A stretch of 64,000 bases of DNA, from the NCBI GenBank assembly GCA_966095765.1, contig CBHTSZ010000002.1, positions 32,247 to 96,246 on the forward strand, read 5' to 3'. Position 1 is the stretch's first letter, and every line of letters starts with the position of its first letter. Shown one piece after another: positions 9,275 to 19,346 of the stretch. Both the position numbers and the translations under genes were made by a program. The notes beneath the pieces are model-generated. The model searched no databases. It had not been told where the DNA came from and was given only the letters and a program-made list of their open reading frames with translations. This stretch comes from an uncultured bacterium. Lineage in GTDB: Bacteria; Patescibacteriota; Saccharimonadia; Saccharimonadales; Saccharimonadaceae.

Positions 9275-9820
9275 CTAGTTTGATATCTTTTGGATATCGA
9301 ACTGATCACCCAGGCGCCGCCACTGCGCCTGGGTGAGTTCTTTTTCGGGGTTAAACATCACGACTAGGCCACGTTCGAGCATGATGCCGAGCTGCTTGTT
9401 GTTCTGCTTGACCTGGCGGCCGAGGTAGATGCTGCCGTTTGCGGTTTGAACGGTGGCATACTGCTGGATAGCATTGTCGAGAAAACGCTGTTTGAACTCA
9501 GGGATTTCTGTAAACTGTGGCGGCTGTGTGTATTCTGACACAGTTACGGACTTGCCCTCAAAGTGAACGATAAAGGAGAGGAGCTGTACGCCTTTTTCTA
9601 CTTCAGCGAGCCTGTAATCTGTGACCGTATAGTCCTTGTTATCAAGCGTTACGAGAAATGGCGAGAAGGTAAGCTCTTGGCGGATTGAAGTCGGGATGCG
9701 AGCGGCTTGGCGTTCGAGATACCGGTAATTCGCAACCGCCACCGTTGCGATGACGAGAAGGGCAACTGTCGCCAGCCCCGCAATTCGCAGTAACTGTATT
9801 CTTTGTTTACGTACAACCAT
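9275..9820 (-). CDS. membrane-anchored hypothetical protein, last gene of the surface locus
   Basis: N-terminal TM (IAGLATVALLVIATVAVA). Lies 22 nt downstream of the giant gene on the same strand. Confidence 0.6.
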   Translation of the reverse strand: MVVRKQRIQLLRIAGLATVALLVIATVAVANYRYLERQAARIPTSIRQELTFSPFLVTLDNKDYTVTDYRLAEVEKGVQLLSFIVHFEGKSVTVSEYTQPPQFTEIPEFKQRFLDNAIQQYATVQTANGSIYLGRQVKQNNKQLGIMLERGLVVMFNPEKELTQAQWRRLGDQFDIQKISN

Positions 9821-9842
9821 AGTTTTAGCGCGTCAATCCCAT

Positions 9843-12800
9843 CTATCGGACGATGAAGTTTACGTACATTGAGCCGTTACAGTTGTTGGCGGCGGTACAA
9901 GTTGTCGAGTAACTGGTACGTGCGTTTCCTGGCGAGAAGTAGAAGGCGTTGTTAGGAATAGTGGCGATCGTAGTAGCGTAGCCGTTTGTTGTACTACCTT
10001 TGGCGAACTGACCGGCGCTACCGCTAATCGCCTTAACGAAGCCAGGGCCAACGCTTGTCACGATCGTGTTCGGGTCGGTACCGCTCGTCGTACCGTTCGT
10101 GGCAACAACGAGACCATAGAGTTTACCGCTACAGGTAGTACCAGGGCAGGTTGCAGGGGTTACAGAAGAACCAGATGAGTCAGCGATCATGCCAAGCTCA
10201 ACGGCGGTTGAGGTAGTGACCGCCTCTTTCATCGCTGAGGTAAAGGTACGGACATCGTAGAGGTCGTCGATAACGCCGCCCGTCGTTGTTGAGCCTTTTA
10301 CGTCTGCGAGGCAGAGAACAGGTTGTGCTGCGCTGAAGTTTGGTAATCCTGAGGTAGCGCTCGTCTGGCCTGCGGTCGTCGTGAACTTTGGCTGGCCTGT
10401 TATCTCATCGAGGCAGATGTGTCCCCATGTGGCAGATGTCGACAGGTTAATGTTTGGCGCGGTACCTGAGTTGGTGCTGAGATCGGTAGCGCTTACGGTG
10501 ACACGGCGACCGTTTGAGTAGGCTGTACATGGTTCAACATGTAGTGTGCTCTGTCCTGACCAGGAGACACGGCATGGTCCTGTGTATCCTGGAGTAATCA
10601 GGGAAGGCAGGTCATATGGATGGCTACCGCTCGATGGTACAACCCCGAATGTTAGGAGGCCGAGCGTGTCTGGGTTCGAGATGTCGTTCCAGCTGCCATT
10701 GATACAGCCTCGGATGCTACCCATCGTGCTGTTGTAGTACAGGGCACCATTGTTCGTTGAAGAGCTGCAGGTACCGCTAGCATCGGTAGATCCGTTGTAG
10801 GTGTCGAGCTGGAAGATTGTTTGCGTGCCGTCTGCCGATGCCCCAGACCCAATACTTGTTGGGCCATTTAGGACGATCCGGCCGTTCGGCAGTACGCTCA
10901 GGAGGTCGGTCGTGCTGTTTTGGACAATAAATCGACCGTTTGTACCCGTACAGCCAGTCGTACACTCAAGCCGCATGACGATACTTGGGTCAGTAGTAGA
11001 GGTGTCGCTCGCAGTGATCTGGAAGTTTTTTCCGTCAGAAAGCGCCACATTTGCCGGGGTCGGGCTGTTGTTGTATGCGTCCTGGAGGTTGAAGTTTACA
11101 CCGACACCACAGCCCTGGTAGTACATTCCACCGGTTGCGTTGATCTTGAGACATTCCCCGTTTGCGCCGAGTGCGGATGGCAGGGTGAGGGTGTAGGATG
11201 AGCCAGATGAAGTAGGGCCAAGTAAGGTGACGGTATTTGTGCCCGCAGAGCTATGGAACAGTACAGATCCGGTGTTGGTTGCGCTTTGGCCAAGGGTGAG
11301 CGAGTTGCTGCCTTGGATTGCGAGAGTTCCACCCATGTTTACGGCTACATTGCCCGTACCGATGGTTATGTTACCGCGCGTACCGGTCGCGGTTCCGGTG
11401 TCGATAGTGAGATTGCCGGAGTTCCCAGCGCCAGCATTACCGGTCTTGATACTAAGGTTTTGAGTACTGCCGGCTGCATTGTCCTGCGTCTTGATGGCGG
11501 TAAGGATACCGGTGCCGGTGATATTGAAGTTACCGGTCTGGGCTGTACCTGGGGTAGTTCCTTGGAGAGCAACAGTCGCACCGGCGGAAGCAGAATAACC
11601 AGGGCAGGTGACGGCTGTCGTACAGATTTCGGCGACGGCACCACCAATAATGGCTTTGAGTGTACCAGAGTCGGAACGGTAGAAGATGCCACCGTTGAGG
11701 CCAGTTAGTGAGGTTGGGTCAGAGTTAGCGCTGTCAACGACGAGGATTGATGTGTCACTGTCGCTGCCAGTGTTGTCGCCGATGCGAACCGCATTATTCG
11801 CGGTATCAGCGGTAAATAGTGTATTGCCAGCACCGGCAGACTGGATACGGAATGCAGTTGTGCTGTTCGTGGCGTTACGGTACGTCATGTCGGCACTCTC
11901 AAGGTTGCGCTTCATGTAAAAGTCGTCAAAGTAGAAGGTGCCGGTAGTCGCGCTGTTGCGAACTGTGGCCGAGACCCTCGCATAGACAGTTCCGGCTGGA
12001 GCCATAGCGCCGACGCTGCGCTGGATGTAGCTGGTTCCTGGGGTGCTGCCGTATGCGGTGCTATTGCTGATGACGCCCTTGTCCTTGTTGTACCACGTGA
12101 TCTGGATGCCAGCGTTACCATTGGCACCGGCACTGTTCTTGACCCATCCGGAGAGATAGAGGCTTTCACCAGCGTTAATCTCGTAGTAACTACCCGCAAA
12201 CACATCGATGTTTGCCGTGCTTGCAGTAATGGCAAGGACGTTGTTCCCGGTACGGGCATTAGCATTGTTTTCGAGAATACTTGAGGTCGCTGGCCCGAAC
12301 CAACCCTCCTCGCCTCCGGTGATAAGTCCGCCTGATTCAAAACCTGGATTACCGATCTCATTGCCTGCTGAACGGATGGCGTTACTGATGACGTAGTTAT
12401 TGCTACTGTTGATGTTAAAGAGGTAATCGCCAGTCGAGTTAAGGACGCGGAAGGCGGAGTATTCATCGCTCGTACCCTGGATTGTCACACGACCAGTGTT
12501 GCTGACACCGAAGAGCACCGTACCAAGTCCAAGTGAGTTGCTGCCACGGATGTTGAGCAAGTCGGTGCCGATCGAGGTGTCGGCGTCCTGGATGTCGATA
12601 GTGCCACGGATGCTGTCGAGTTTTATCTCTGGGGTTGTTGCCGGGTTGCTACCGTTGTTGTAGGTTGCCTGGAGGGTGGTTGCGTTACTGGCTCCACCTG
12701 GCGTCCAGGCTGCACCGTTCCAAATCATGGTCGAGGTAGTGTTTTTGCGCATTGCAACATCGATGACATCAGCGCCACTGTTAGTCCGTAGAGTGAAGTC

Positions 12801-14555
12801 TTGGCTTGTCGTGTTGGTCGTAACAAAGACGGTACGTCCCTTAGTGGTCGCGTTGGTTGGTGCTGGCAAAGTTATGGTGATATCCGTGCCCGTGGCACTG
12901 ACGATGATAGTGCCGTAGTTGTCGACATTACTCTGCGAAATCGTACAGTCAGTGGCACAGCTTGCGTTCGTCACGGTCATGTGTGCGCTGGGCCCGAGAT
13001 TGACGATACCCTTTGTGCCGGTTCCGTTTGCAGTACCGCCCGTGATCGTGACATCGCCGCCGTTACCGTTGGTGCCACCGCCAGCGCCACCCTGGATGAC
13101 AAGGTTGCCGCCGGTCAACGGTGTGCCGCCGCTGCCAGCAGCACCCGCAGTCATGGTTAGTGAGCGCCCCGCAATACCTGCTCCGGCAGTAGCCATCGAG
13201 ATGGCGTGGTCAGAGGCGGCATTAAAGGTAACATCGTTGATAGTGAGGTTGCCCGTGAAGGTTTTATCACCCGCGAATGTTTGCGTGCCCGTTCCCACCA
13301 TACCAGGGGCGGTAGCGCTTGCATTTTGAAAGATGATCGAGTTTCCGGATATGGTTGCACCATCGACTGCGGTGTTGGTTGTGCTGTAAGCTCCAACGGC
13401 CGTCACGCCGGTACCAGTACAGTTTGCGAGAGTCTGGAGACAAAAGATGTCATTTGCCGTAGTCACCGGGATGTCGTAGTTGTAGTTTGCTGCGAGGTTG
13501 CCGACTCGGATAGTGGCGTTGTTTGAGGAGCCGTCTGAGATGACAACGTTACCAGCGACACTGCCGGTTCCGATGGTGAGGGTGCTTGCTTGGATGGTCG
13601 TGTTTTGACCGAGGTTTATGGCGCTTGTGTTACTGCTTCCGATCGTCACAACACCGTTGATGCCTGTACCGGTTTTGGCGCCAGCGTTGATGACGACATC
13701 GCCACCGTTAGCATTGGTGCCGCCAGCTGCGCCACCTTGCAGGAGGAGGCTGCCGCCATTGCTGCCGCTGCCACTGCCGCCAGCACCTGCTGAAACCGAA
13801 AGTTGGCGTCCGGCAACGCCAGCAGCGGCAGCGGTTACAGATAGAGAGTGGTTGGCGTTATTGCCCAAGGTGATGTCGCCGGCATTAGAGACCGTGAAGA
13901 CATCGGTCGCTGATGCCTGGAGCTGCAAGAAGTTGCCAGTACTAGTCTTGTTGATGAAGACGCTCGTTGTGTTCGTCGAAGCATCCGTCTGTACGCCTTG
14001 GGCGAGCTGGAGGAACTGTGCGCTCGACAGGCCGCCGAGCTGGCCGGCATTGAGGGCGTACGGAGTCGCTGAAAGCCGTTTCATCGGGAGCATTTCTCCG
14101 TCTGGGCTACAGTTTGCAAAAGGGGTACAGGTCGCGTTTGTACCGGCAACGTTCATGCTGATCCAGAGCGTGTCCTGGTTCCAGTCGATAGAGCTTCCGA
14201 ACGGTGTGACTGAGCCGAGTTGTACCGAGAGGAAGCCATTACGGACGAGTACACCCTTGCTGTTCGCGTTGAGCCAAGACTCGGTCCATTTGAGCGTACC
14301 AGCAGGGGAGCCGGTCGTATTGCCGGCTGTTTGACCATCGCCATCCTGGTAGATCTTGAACTGGATGTTGTAGTAGCCATCAGGGACGGTGGCGCCTTGG
14401 GCGTTGAGGAGACGACCCTGGAAATTGATCTCTTTGCTGATTCCTGTGGCCGCCTGAGCAGGAGAGATTGCAACAAAAATAGACATGAAAACCATGCCTA
14501 TAAGCAGACTAATCCCCGCACTTACGCGAAATACACGCTGAGTCCTCGCACTCAT
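9843..14555 (-). CDS. giant secreted/surface protein (1570 aa), Gly/Thr/Ser/Asn-rich with CBM-like jelly-roll module
   Basis: Signal-like N-terminus ...ISPAQA. Two ~75-aa Gly-rich repeats (AGRQLSVSAGAGGSGSGSNGGSLLLQGGAAGGTNANGGDVVINAG and AGRSLTMTAGAAGSGGTPLTGGNLVIQGGAGGGTNGNGGDVTITGG). Central segment GNPGFESG...ARTGNNVLAI...FYFDDFYMK resembles a CBM4/9-type sugar-binding fold. Own promoter TTGTCA-N17-TATGCT in 14556-14653. Confidence 0.8.
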   Translation of the reverse strand: MSARTQRVFRVSAGISLLIGMVFMSIFVAISPAQAATGISKEINFQGRLLNAQGATVPDGYYNIQFKIYQDGDGQTAGNTTGSPAGTLKWTESWLNANSKGVLVRNGFLSVQLGSVTPFGSSIDWNQDTLWISMNVAGTNATCTPFANCSPDGEMLPMKRLSATPYALNAGQLGGLSSAQFLQLAQGVQTDASTNTTSVFINKTSTGNFLQLQASATDVFTVSNAGDITLGNNANHSLSVTAAAAGVAGRQLSVSAGAGGSGSGSNGGSLLLQGGAAGGTNANGGDVVINAGAKTGTGINGVVTIGSSNTSAINLGQNTTIQASTLTIGTGSVAGNVVISDGSSNNATIRVGNLAANYNYDIPVTTANDIFCLQTLANCTGTGVTAVGAYSTTNTAVDGATISGNSIIFQNASATAPGMVGTGTQTFAGDKTFTGNLTINDVTFNAASDHAISMATAGAGIAGRSLTMTAGAAGSGGTPLTGGNLVIQGGAGGGTNGNGGDVTITGGTANGTGTKGIVNLGPSAHMTVTNASCATDCTISQSNVDNYGTIIVSATGTDITITLPAPTNATTKGRTVFVTTNTTSQDFTLRTNSGADVIDVAMRKNTTSTMIWNGAAWTPGGASNATTLQATYNNGSNPATTPEIKLDSIRGTIDIQDADTSIGTDLLNIRGSNSLGLGTVLFGVSNTGRVTIQGTSDEYSAFRVLNSTGDYLFNINSSNNYVISNAIRSAGNEIGNPGFESGGLITGGEEGWFGPATSSILENNANARTGNNVLAITASTANIDVFAGSYYEINAGESLYLSGWVKNSAGANGNAGIQITWYNKDKGVISNSTAYGSTPGTSYIQRSVGAMAPAGTVYARVSATVRNSATTGTFYFDDFYMKRNLESADMTYRNATNSTTAFRIQSAGAGNTLFTADTANNAVRIGDNTGSDSDTSILVVDSANSDPTSLTGLNGGIFYRSDSGTLKAIIGGAVAEICTTAVTCPGYSASAGATVALQGTTPGTAQTGNFNITGTGILTAIKTQDNAAGSTQNLSIKTGNAGAGNSGNLTIDTGTATGTRGNITIGTGNVAVNMGGTLAIQGSNSLTLGQSATNTGSVLFHSSAGTNTVTLLGPTSSGSSYTLTLPSALGANGECLKINATGGMYYQGCGVGVNFNLQDAYNNSPTPANVALSDGKNFQITASDTSTTDPSIVMRLECTTGCTGTNGRFIVQNSTTDLLSVLPNGRIVLNGPTSIGSGASADGTQTIFQLDTYNGSTDASGTCSSSTNNGALYYNSTMGSIRGCINGSWNDISNPDTLGLLTFGVVPSSGSHPYDLPSLITPGYTGPCRVSWSGQSTLHVEPCTAYSNGRRVTVSATDLSTNSGTAPNINLSTSATWGHICLDEITGQPKFTTTAGQTSATSGLPNFSAAQPVLCLADVKGSTTTGGVIDDLYDVRTFTSAMKEAVTTSTAVELGMIADSSGSSVTPATCPGTTCSGKLYGLVVATNGTTSGTDPNTIVTSVGPGFVKAISGSAGQFAKGSTTNGYATTIATIPNNAFYFSPGNARTSYSTTCTAANNCNGSMYVNFIVR

Positions 14556-14653
14556 TGTTTCTTTTCGTTCCTACCCCTCTTATTTACCTACCTTAAGCAT
14601 AATCCTTGTGACCGCTTTTGACAAGGCGGAAAACAGGGATGAGAGGGCTATTT

Positions 14654-15631
14654 TTAGCCGTGAATTGCAACGAGACGCTCTTGTTTTGAAAGAACGCGTT
14701 TTTCGCGTTGCTCACCGAGCCAGAAACTTGCAACAACCGCAACAGCGCCCGTGAAGATGGGCCAGAGGAGAAGCAGTTGGCCAGGTGTCGCGACCGGCTT
14801 CGTGCTTGCCACTGCAGGGTCGGGCTGGCCGTTGACGATAGCGGCTACCGTCAGGAAGGCAACGCGGCCACCCGTATCTGTCGCCTGGAAGGTCACCTGG
14901 TAGGTACCAGGTTTTTTGTAGACATGGTCGACGTTGAACGTTGCATTGTCGTTTCTCGGTACAACTTTGTTTGAGGCGTCGCCCCATTCGACGTTGACGG
15001 CATATGGTGGCGTACCTCCGAGTACGTCCAGTGGAACAGTCATGGTCTGTTCTGGGAAGACGCCACGAAATACCGCATCGCTATTGAGGAGGAGCTGATT
15101 GCCGCCGAAGTTAAATGGTGTGACTGAATCCGATTGGGGCGGTATGGCGTCGTAGTAAACGATGACTGTGTTTGAGTCTGGTCCGACCTGGTTGAGCGCA
15201 TCATAGACGCGGGCTATGAGTGTATTCTGACCGATCAAGAGGTCAACTTCGAGGCTATAACTACCTTTATCGGTACAGACAGTCGATCCGGCAAAGATAT
15301 CATTTTTAAACAGTTCAACCAAAGTATTTTCAGGACAGGTTCCAGATACGGTAACGGGGGAAGTGGTAAAGTGTTGACCGTTGCTTGGGGTGCGGATCGT
15401 AGCTGCTGTGGTTGGCGGTTTGCCGGGCATGATACCGGAGAGGCCAACAGAACCAGCTTCTGGGCCGTCGTATGGGGTAGCCGATTCGACAGTGGTTGAG
15501 AAAACAGACAGCGCAAAACCAACGATGACGAGCATGAAAGCGAGCGGCACGTATGAAGTATGCTCATGCGGTCGAAGCTTGAGCGTATGCTCGTGATGAC
15601 TAATCTTTAGTATCTTTTTTGTTTTCGACAT
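14654..15631 (-). CDS. bitopic membrane protein with Ig-like and PKD domains
   Basis: His-rich N-terminus, then a TM, then an Ig-like segment. PKD-like VEWGDASNKVVPRNDNATFNVDHVYKKPGTYQVTFQATDTGGR. C-terminal TM. Confidence 0.7.
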   Translation of the reverse strand: MSKTKKILKISHHEHTLKLRPHEHTSYVPLAFMLVIVGFALSVFSTTVESATPYDGPEAGSVGLSGIMPGKPPTTAATIRTPSNGQHFTTSPVTVSGTCPENTLVELFKNDIFAGSTVCTDKGSYSLEVDLLIGQNTLIARVYDALNQVGPDSNTVIVYYDAIPPQSDSVTPFNFGGNQLLLNSDAVFRGVFPEQTMTVPLDVLGGTPPYAVNVEWGDASNKVVPRNDNATFNVDHVYKKPGTYQVTFQATDTGGRVAFLTVAAIVNGQPDPAVASTKPVATPGQLLLLWPIFTGAVAVVASFWLGEQREKRVLSKQERLVAIHG

Positions 15632-15685
15632 GATTTTGTTTTATTGTATACGCTTTTGGCTATTTTCGTAAGTGGACCCCTGAAA

Positions 15686-16699
15686 CTATTTCTTGCGACG
15701 TGTCGGTTTCTTTTTTGGAGCTCCTGTTGCCTTGCGGATGATTGCTTGGTTGTAGCCGCGGATCATGCGACGGAGCAAGAGGAATCCAACGATGACGGCA
15801 AACGTACCGATGAGCATAAGCTTCCATGGAATAACCCAGAACGTTAGCTTTTGGGTGACAGATTGACCCTTTGCGTCGGTGATCGTGACCTTGGCATGGT
15901 AGAGGCCAAAGAGCATCTTGTTGCCGATGACAGTTTTGTCGAGATGCGTTTCGAATCGGCGGATAGTGCCAGGCAGAATGTTTCGAGGCGGTAGGTTGAC
16001 GTTGAGGCCGGCAATAGTCTTGCCAAACATATCGGTTATCATGATGCGGCCTGCAGGCTGTTCATGAACGTTACCTTCGTTCTTGATGCGAACTGCAAAG
16101 GTAATAGGTGTGCCTTCGAGGACAGTTTTGGGTACGTTCTGTTTCGTAACTGCGTTGAAGCTAGCGATACTGAGTTTCTCGTAAGCGTCGCCATTAACGC
16201 GAAGGAAGATGAGCGCCCCGACACTGGCCGACAGGGATACGCCGCTTGAGTCAACGCCAGGGGCGGTTGCGGAGAAACGTACAACCGAGTAGTAGCCGCC
16301 AGGTGCGGCGTCTTTTGGAATCGCAATCACAAATGGCAAGCCTTGGATCTCTCGAGGTTTCAAAGTGAGTTGGCCGATAGGACGAAACCATGCCTTCATC
16401 GAGTAAGGGCTTGTCTCACCTTCGTTAAGAAGTAGTCGTGGCATACCTTCTTCACCTTGAGCGGTAAAGTCATTGATCTGGTTGGTGACCACAAGGCTGG
16501 TTGGAGATACATCACGAAGGTTTATGGTGCCTTTTACGGTCTCGCCTGGGTTTCCCCGTAGGTTGATGACCGGAGGGGCTATCTCAAGTGCTTGGCCTGC
16601 CTGGGCAGGATTTGTTGCTGCGTAAGCCGTCAGAGGCCCCGCGATAGCCACAGTGACCGCTAGAAGGCTGAGTATGGTGGCACGTATCGTTTGTTTCAT
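15686..16699 (-). CDS. cell-surface protein with DUF916/DUF3324-like architecture (WxL-locus partner type)
   Basis: Signal peptide, two beta-sandwich-like halves (..VINLRGNPGETVKGTINLRDVS.., ..ITFAVRIKNEGNVHEQPAGRI..), then a C-terminal TM plus basic tail (WKLMLIGTFAVIVGFLLLRRMIRGY...KKKPTRRKK). Layout matches the family. No HMM search was run. Confidence 0.55.
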   Translation of the reverse strand: MKQTIRATILSLLAVTVAIAGPLTAYAATNPAQAGQALEIAPPVINLRGNPGETVKGTINLRDVSPTSLVVTNQINDFTAQGEEGMPRLLLNEGETSPYSMKAWFRPIGQLTLKPREIQGLPFVIAIPKDAAPGGYYSVVRFSATAPGVDSSGVSLSASVGALIFLRVNGDAYEKLSIASFNAVTKQNVPKTVLEGTPITFAVRIKNEGNVHEQPAGRIMITDMFGKTIAGLNVNLPPRNILPGTIRRFETHLDKTVIGNKMLFGLYHAKVTITDAKGQSVTQKLTFWVIPWKLMLIGTFAVIVGFLLLRRMIRGYNQAIIRKATGAPKKKPTRRKK

Positions 16700-16702
16700 A
16701 TC

Positions 16703-17848
16703 CTAGAAGGTCGGCGTACAGATGTAGGTAAGAGTAGTGGTGTAGGTACCTGCGTACTGGTTACCAGCAACGTTCACGATGTAAGAGGCCGTGTATACTT
16801 GTGAGTTGGTTGGACCAAGCGTGTTGTTTGAAGCACCATCGTAGGCACTGTTTGCGACAGAGTCACCCGAAGCATATTTATAGACATCAGCTGTGTTGTA
16901 ACCGGTGAGAGCTTGACCTTTGTAGTCGACTGCATCAGAAGCAACAGCGATCTCAGCACCGAAGTCGATGTCACCGTTGTCGCCATCGAGAGTGATGAGG
17001 TTGGCTTTGAGATTCATGCCAAACTGGCTCACACCGATCGTAGGAGCTGCTGCAGCTGCCATGGCCGGAATAGAGTTTGCACCTGATGTCAGCGTCGCAC
17101 CATTTACGGTGATGACATAGCCTTGTCCGGCGTTGGTACTGGCTGCCATCTGGGATGTTGCGTATGAAGTTGAAGTAGGGGAGAAGAGCTGGTTGAAGCT
17201 GACTGCGCCTGGTGTCGTCGTCGCACAGTTTGCAGACACGGTTGCACCAGTACAGAAGATCAAGGACTCAGGCATAGTACCGCTAAGTTCGATAGCCTGT
17301 GCAGTGCTTGCGGTGACGGTACCTGCGTCTACAGCGCCGGTCGTGGCGTCAGTAGAAGAATAAGTAGTAATGCGGACAAAGAACGTACCAAGCGTCGAGG
17401 GGTTGACGACACTGTCGAGGCGTACCGTAACGCTACCAGGAGTAACTGCAGCAGCTGTACGAGTTAAGATAGCACTGTTTGCAGTCTTGGTGCCCATAGC
17501 AAGTCCACTAATAGCACCAGTATTAGCTCCGAGCGTTGCTCCATTTACATCCAAGCCCGTCGGTGCCGTACAGGTACCACTAGCGATCGTACAGTATTCA
17601 AACTTTACAGATCCAACGTTCGTGCCGCTTGGGACAGAAAAGGTAAAGAGGTGGTCAACAAGTCCGCTCGGAAGGGTTGCACCGTCAAGCTCAGAGCCGA
17701 CATCGGCACCATCGTGAGCATTACCAACAAGGGTAAGGCTTCGTGGCTGGATTTCCGCAGCAGTTACCTGTGCTAGTGGTAGTATCGCCGTTGCTAGGAT
17801 CAGTAAGCATAGCGACACTATCCGTGTTTGTTTCCCCAACTCTGTCAT
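16703..17848 (-). CDS. secreted surface protein, paralog 3 (381 aa), possible divergent WxL-like
   Basis: Signal peptide ...AQVTAAE. Shares GTMPESLIFCTG, SQMAASTNA, YVITVNGATLTSG and QFGMNL with 17917..19233. Its last 16 aa, AGTYTTTLTYICTPTF, are identical to those of the neighbour. TAGTAT lies 6 nt before the ATG. Confidence 0.75.
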   Translation of the reverse strand: MTELGKQTRIVSLCLLILATAILPLAQVTAAEIQPRSLTLVGNAHDGADVGSELDGATLPSGLVDHLFTFSVPSGTNVGSVKFEYCTIASGTCTAPTGLDVNGATLGANTGAISGLAMGTKTANSAILTRTAAAVTPGSVTVRLDSVVNPSTLGTFFVRITTYSSTDATTGAVDAGTVTASTAQAIELSGTMPESLIFCTGATVSANCATTTPGAVSFNQLFSPTSTSYATSQMAASTNAGQGYVITVNGATLTSGANSIPAMAAAAAPTIGVSQFGMNLKANLITLDGDNGDIDFGAEIAVASDAVDYKGQALTGYNTADVYKYASGDSVANSAYDGASNNTLGPTNSQVYTASYIVNVAGNQYAGTYTTTLTYICTPTF

Positions 17849-17916
17849 GTAGCAATACTAGCATGAGCAGAATAGGGGACACAAGCGTTTTATGTGAGTT
17901 TTTTCACAGAAGGGTT

Positions 17917-19233
17917 TTAGAAGGTCGGCGTACAGATGTAGGTGAGGGTCGTGGTGTAGGTACCAGCTGGGAGGTTACCTGGAACGTTCGCGATATAGCT
18001 GACTGTGTAGATCTGACCGTCCGTGCCACCTTGTGCTGAGCTACCAACAGTACTTGGATCGGCGTCGTCTTCGAGACTGTTGGCGACTGCGTTACCGCTC
18101 TGGAAGCGGAATTGGTCGACAGTTCGGTATCCGAGGAGAGGCTGTCCGCGATAACCCGTACCGTTTGAAGCTGTCGTGATGTTAGCCGTGTCGGCGTAGT
18201 TGTCGGTAGCGAGCCATGCAGCACAACCAGCGTTGGTTGGTGTGGTCTGACAGTTGTTAGGGTCAGGGGTAACATCGAGAGCGTTTGCACCGAAGCCGCT
18301 TGCAACAGTAGTCGTGTTAGCGACGAGGTTCATGCCGAACTGTGCAGTACCGCGGGTGCTAGGGAGTGGTGCGCCTGCGCCACCGACCATACCAGCGATC
18401 GTGTTGCTACCTGAAGTAAGCGTAGAGCCGTTTACGGTGATGACGTACCCAAAGGTAGCGTTGGTGCTTGCAGCCATCTGTGAGGTCGCTGCTGCCGTGT
18501 CAGTTGGGGAGAAGAGCTTATCGAAACCGATAGTACCAGCGGTTGCGCCCGCACAGTCAGGGACGGTCGTAGAAGCGATAACAGGAACGGTGCGACCAGT
18601 ACAGAAGACGAGGGATTCGGGCATCGTTCCGGTGATTTCGATTGGAGTAGCGGTACTTGCAGCGACGACACCAGCATCAACAGGGTTCGTGGCACCATCA
18701 CTTCCTTGGTAGGTAGTAATACGTACGTAGAAGGTCGTGTTCGTTGCAGTTGGTGGAACGATACCACTGAAATCAGCAGTGATGATCGTGTTTGTGCCGT
18801 TCGGGTCGTTGTCGACGAGTGCGGCAGCCGGACGGCCAATCCAGAATTCGTTTGCAGCGGTGCTGGTTGTCGTGTTCCATCCGGTGGCACCTGAACTGTT
18901 GTATAGAGTAACGGCTGAGGTATCGAGTCCCGCAGGGGCTACACAAGTCGGATTAGCTACAGAGTTTGCTGCAGTCGTACAGTACTGGAAGCGCATGGAT
19001 CCGAGATTTGTACCAACGGCAGGGCTTGAGAACGTGAAGTTGTGTCGCACGAGGTCACCTGCACTTTGAAATGGCGCTGAACCACCAGTCGTGTCAGCCT
19101 GAAGGTTTAGGCTACGAGTGGTGAGCTGTGCAGCATTTGCCGTTTGGAACGGAAGCACGAGTGGAGTTGCCATGAGAAGTAACGCGGCAAATACACGCGT
19201 TGCTATAGCAAAAGATAGTTGTGGTGTTTTCAT
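17917..19233 (-). CDS. secreted surface protein, paralog 2 (438 aa), possible divergent WxL-like
   Basis: Signal peptide ...QTANAAQ. Same conserved blocks and identical C-terminal 16 aa as 16703..17848. Promoter TTGACA-N17-TATTCT upstream, with an A-rich leader. Confidence 0.75.
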   Translation of the reverse strand: MKTPQLSFAIATRVFAALLLMATPLVLPFQTANAAQLTTRSLNLQADTTGGSAPFQSAGDLVRHNFTFSSPAVGTNLGSMRFQYCTTAANSVANPTCVAPAGLDTSAVTLYNSSGATGWNTTTSTAANEFWIGRPAAALVDNDPNGTNTIITADFSGIVPPTATNTTFYVRITTYQGSDGATNPVDAGVVAASTATPIEITGTMPESLVFCTGRTVPVIASTTVPDCAGATAGTIGFDKLFSPTDTAAATSQMAASTNATFGYVITVNGSTLTSGSNTIAGMVGGAGAPLPSTRGTAQFGMNLVANTTTVASGFGANALDVTPDPNNCQTTPTNAGCAAWLATDNYADTANITTASNGTGYRGQPLLGYRTVDQFRFQSGNAVANSLEDDADPSTVGSSAQGGTDGQIYTVSYIANVPGNLPAGTYTTTLTYICTPTF

Positions 19234-19346
19234 CTCTTTGTTTTTCTTTTTTTCTTTTTTGGTTTTAAGGTATTACCCGAAGAATAGCATGAGCATTTTA
19301 GGGTGTCAACGGATTTTATAAGAAAAAATGCAACGTTGTGGAAAAC

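Noticed and set aside
10546-14621. Numerous 60-240-aa ORFs on both strands inside the giant gene, for example 13618-14334 (+) and 11912-12466 (-). Similar antisense ORFs occur inside the atp genes, the GC-rich cassettes and the Pro/Ala repeat region (for example 56256-57071 +, 56704-57006 +).
   Set aside because: They are alternative frames of long, well-supported genes or of GC-rich, low-complexity DNA. Their products are Pro/Ala/Arg/Ser-rich nonsense, and they lack start-site signals.
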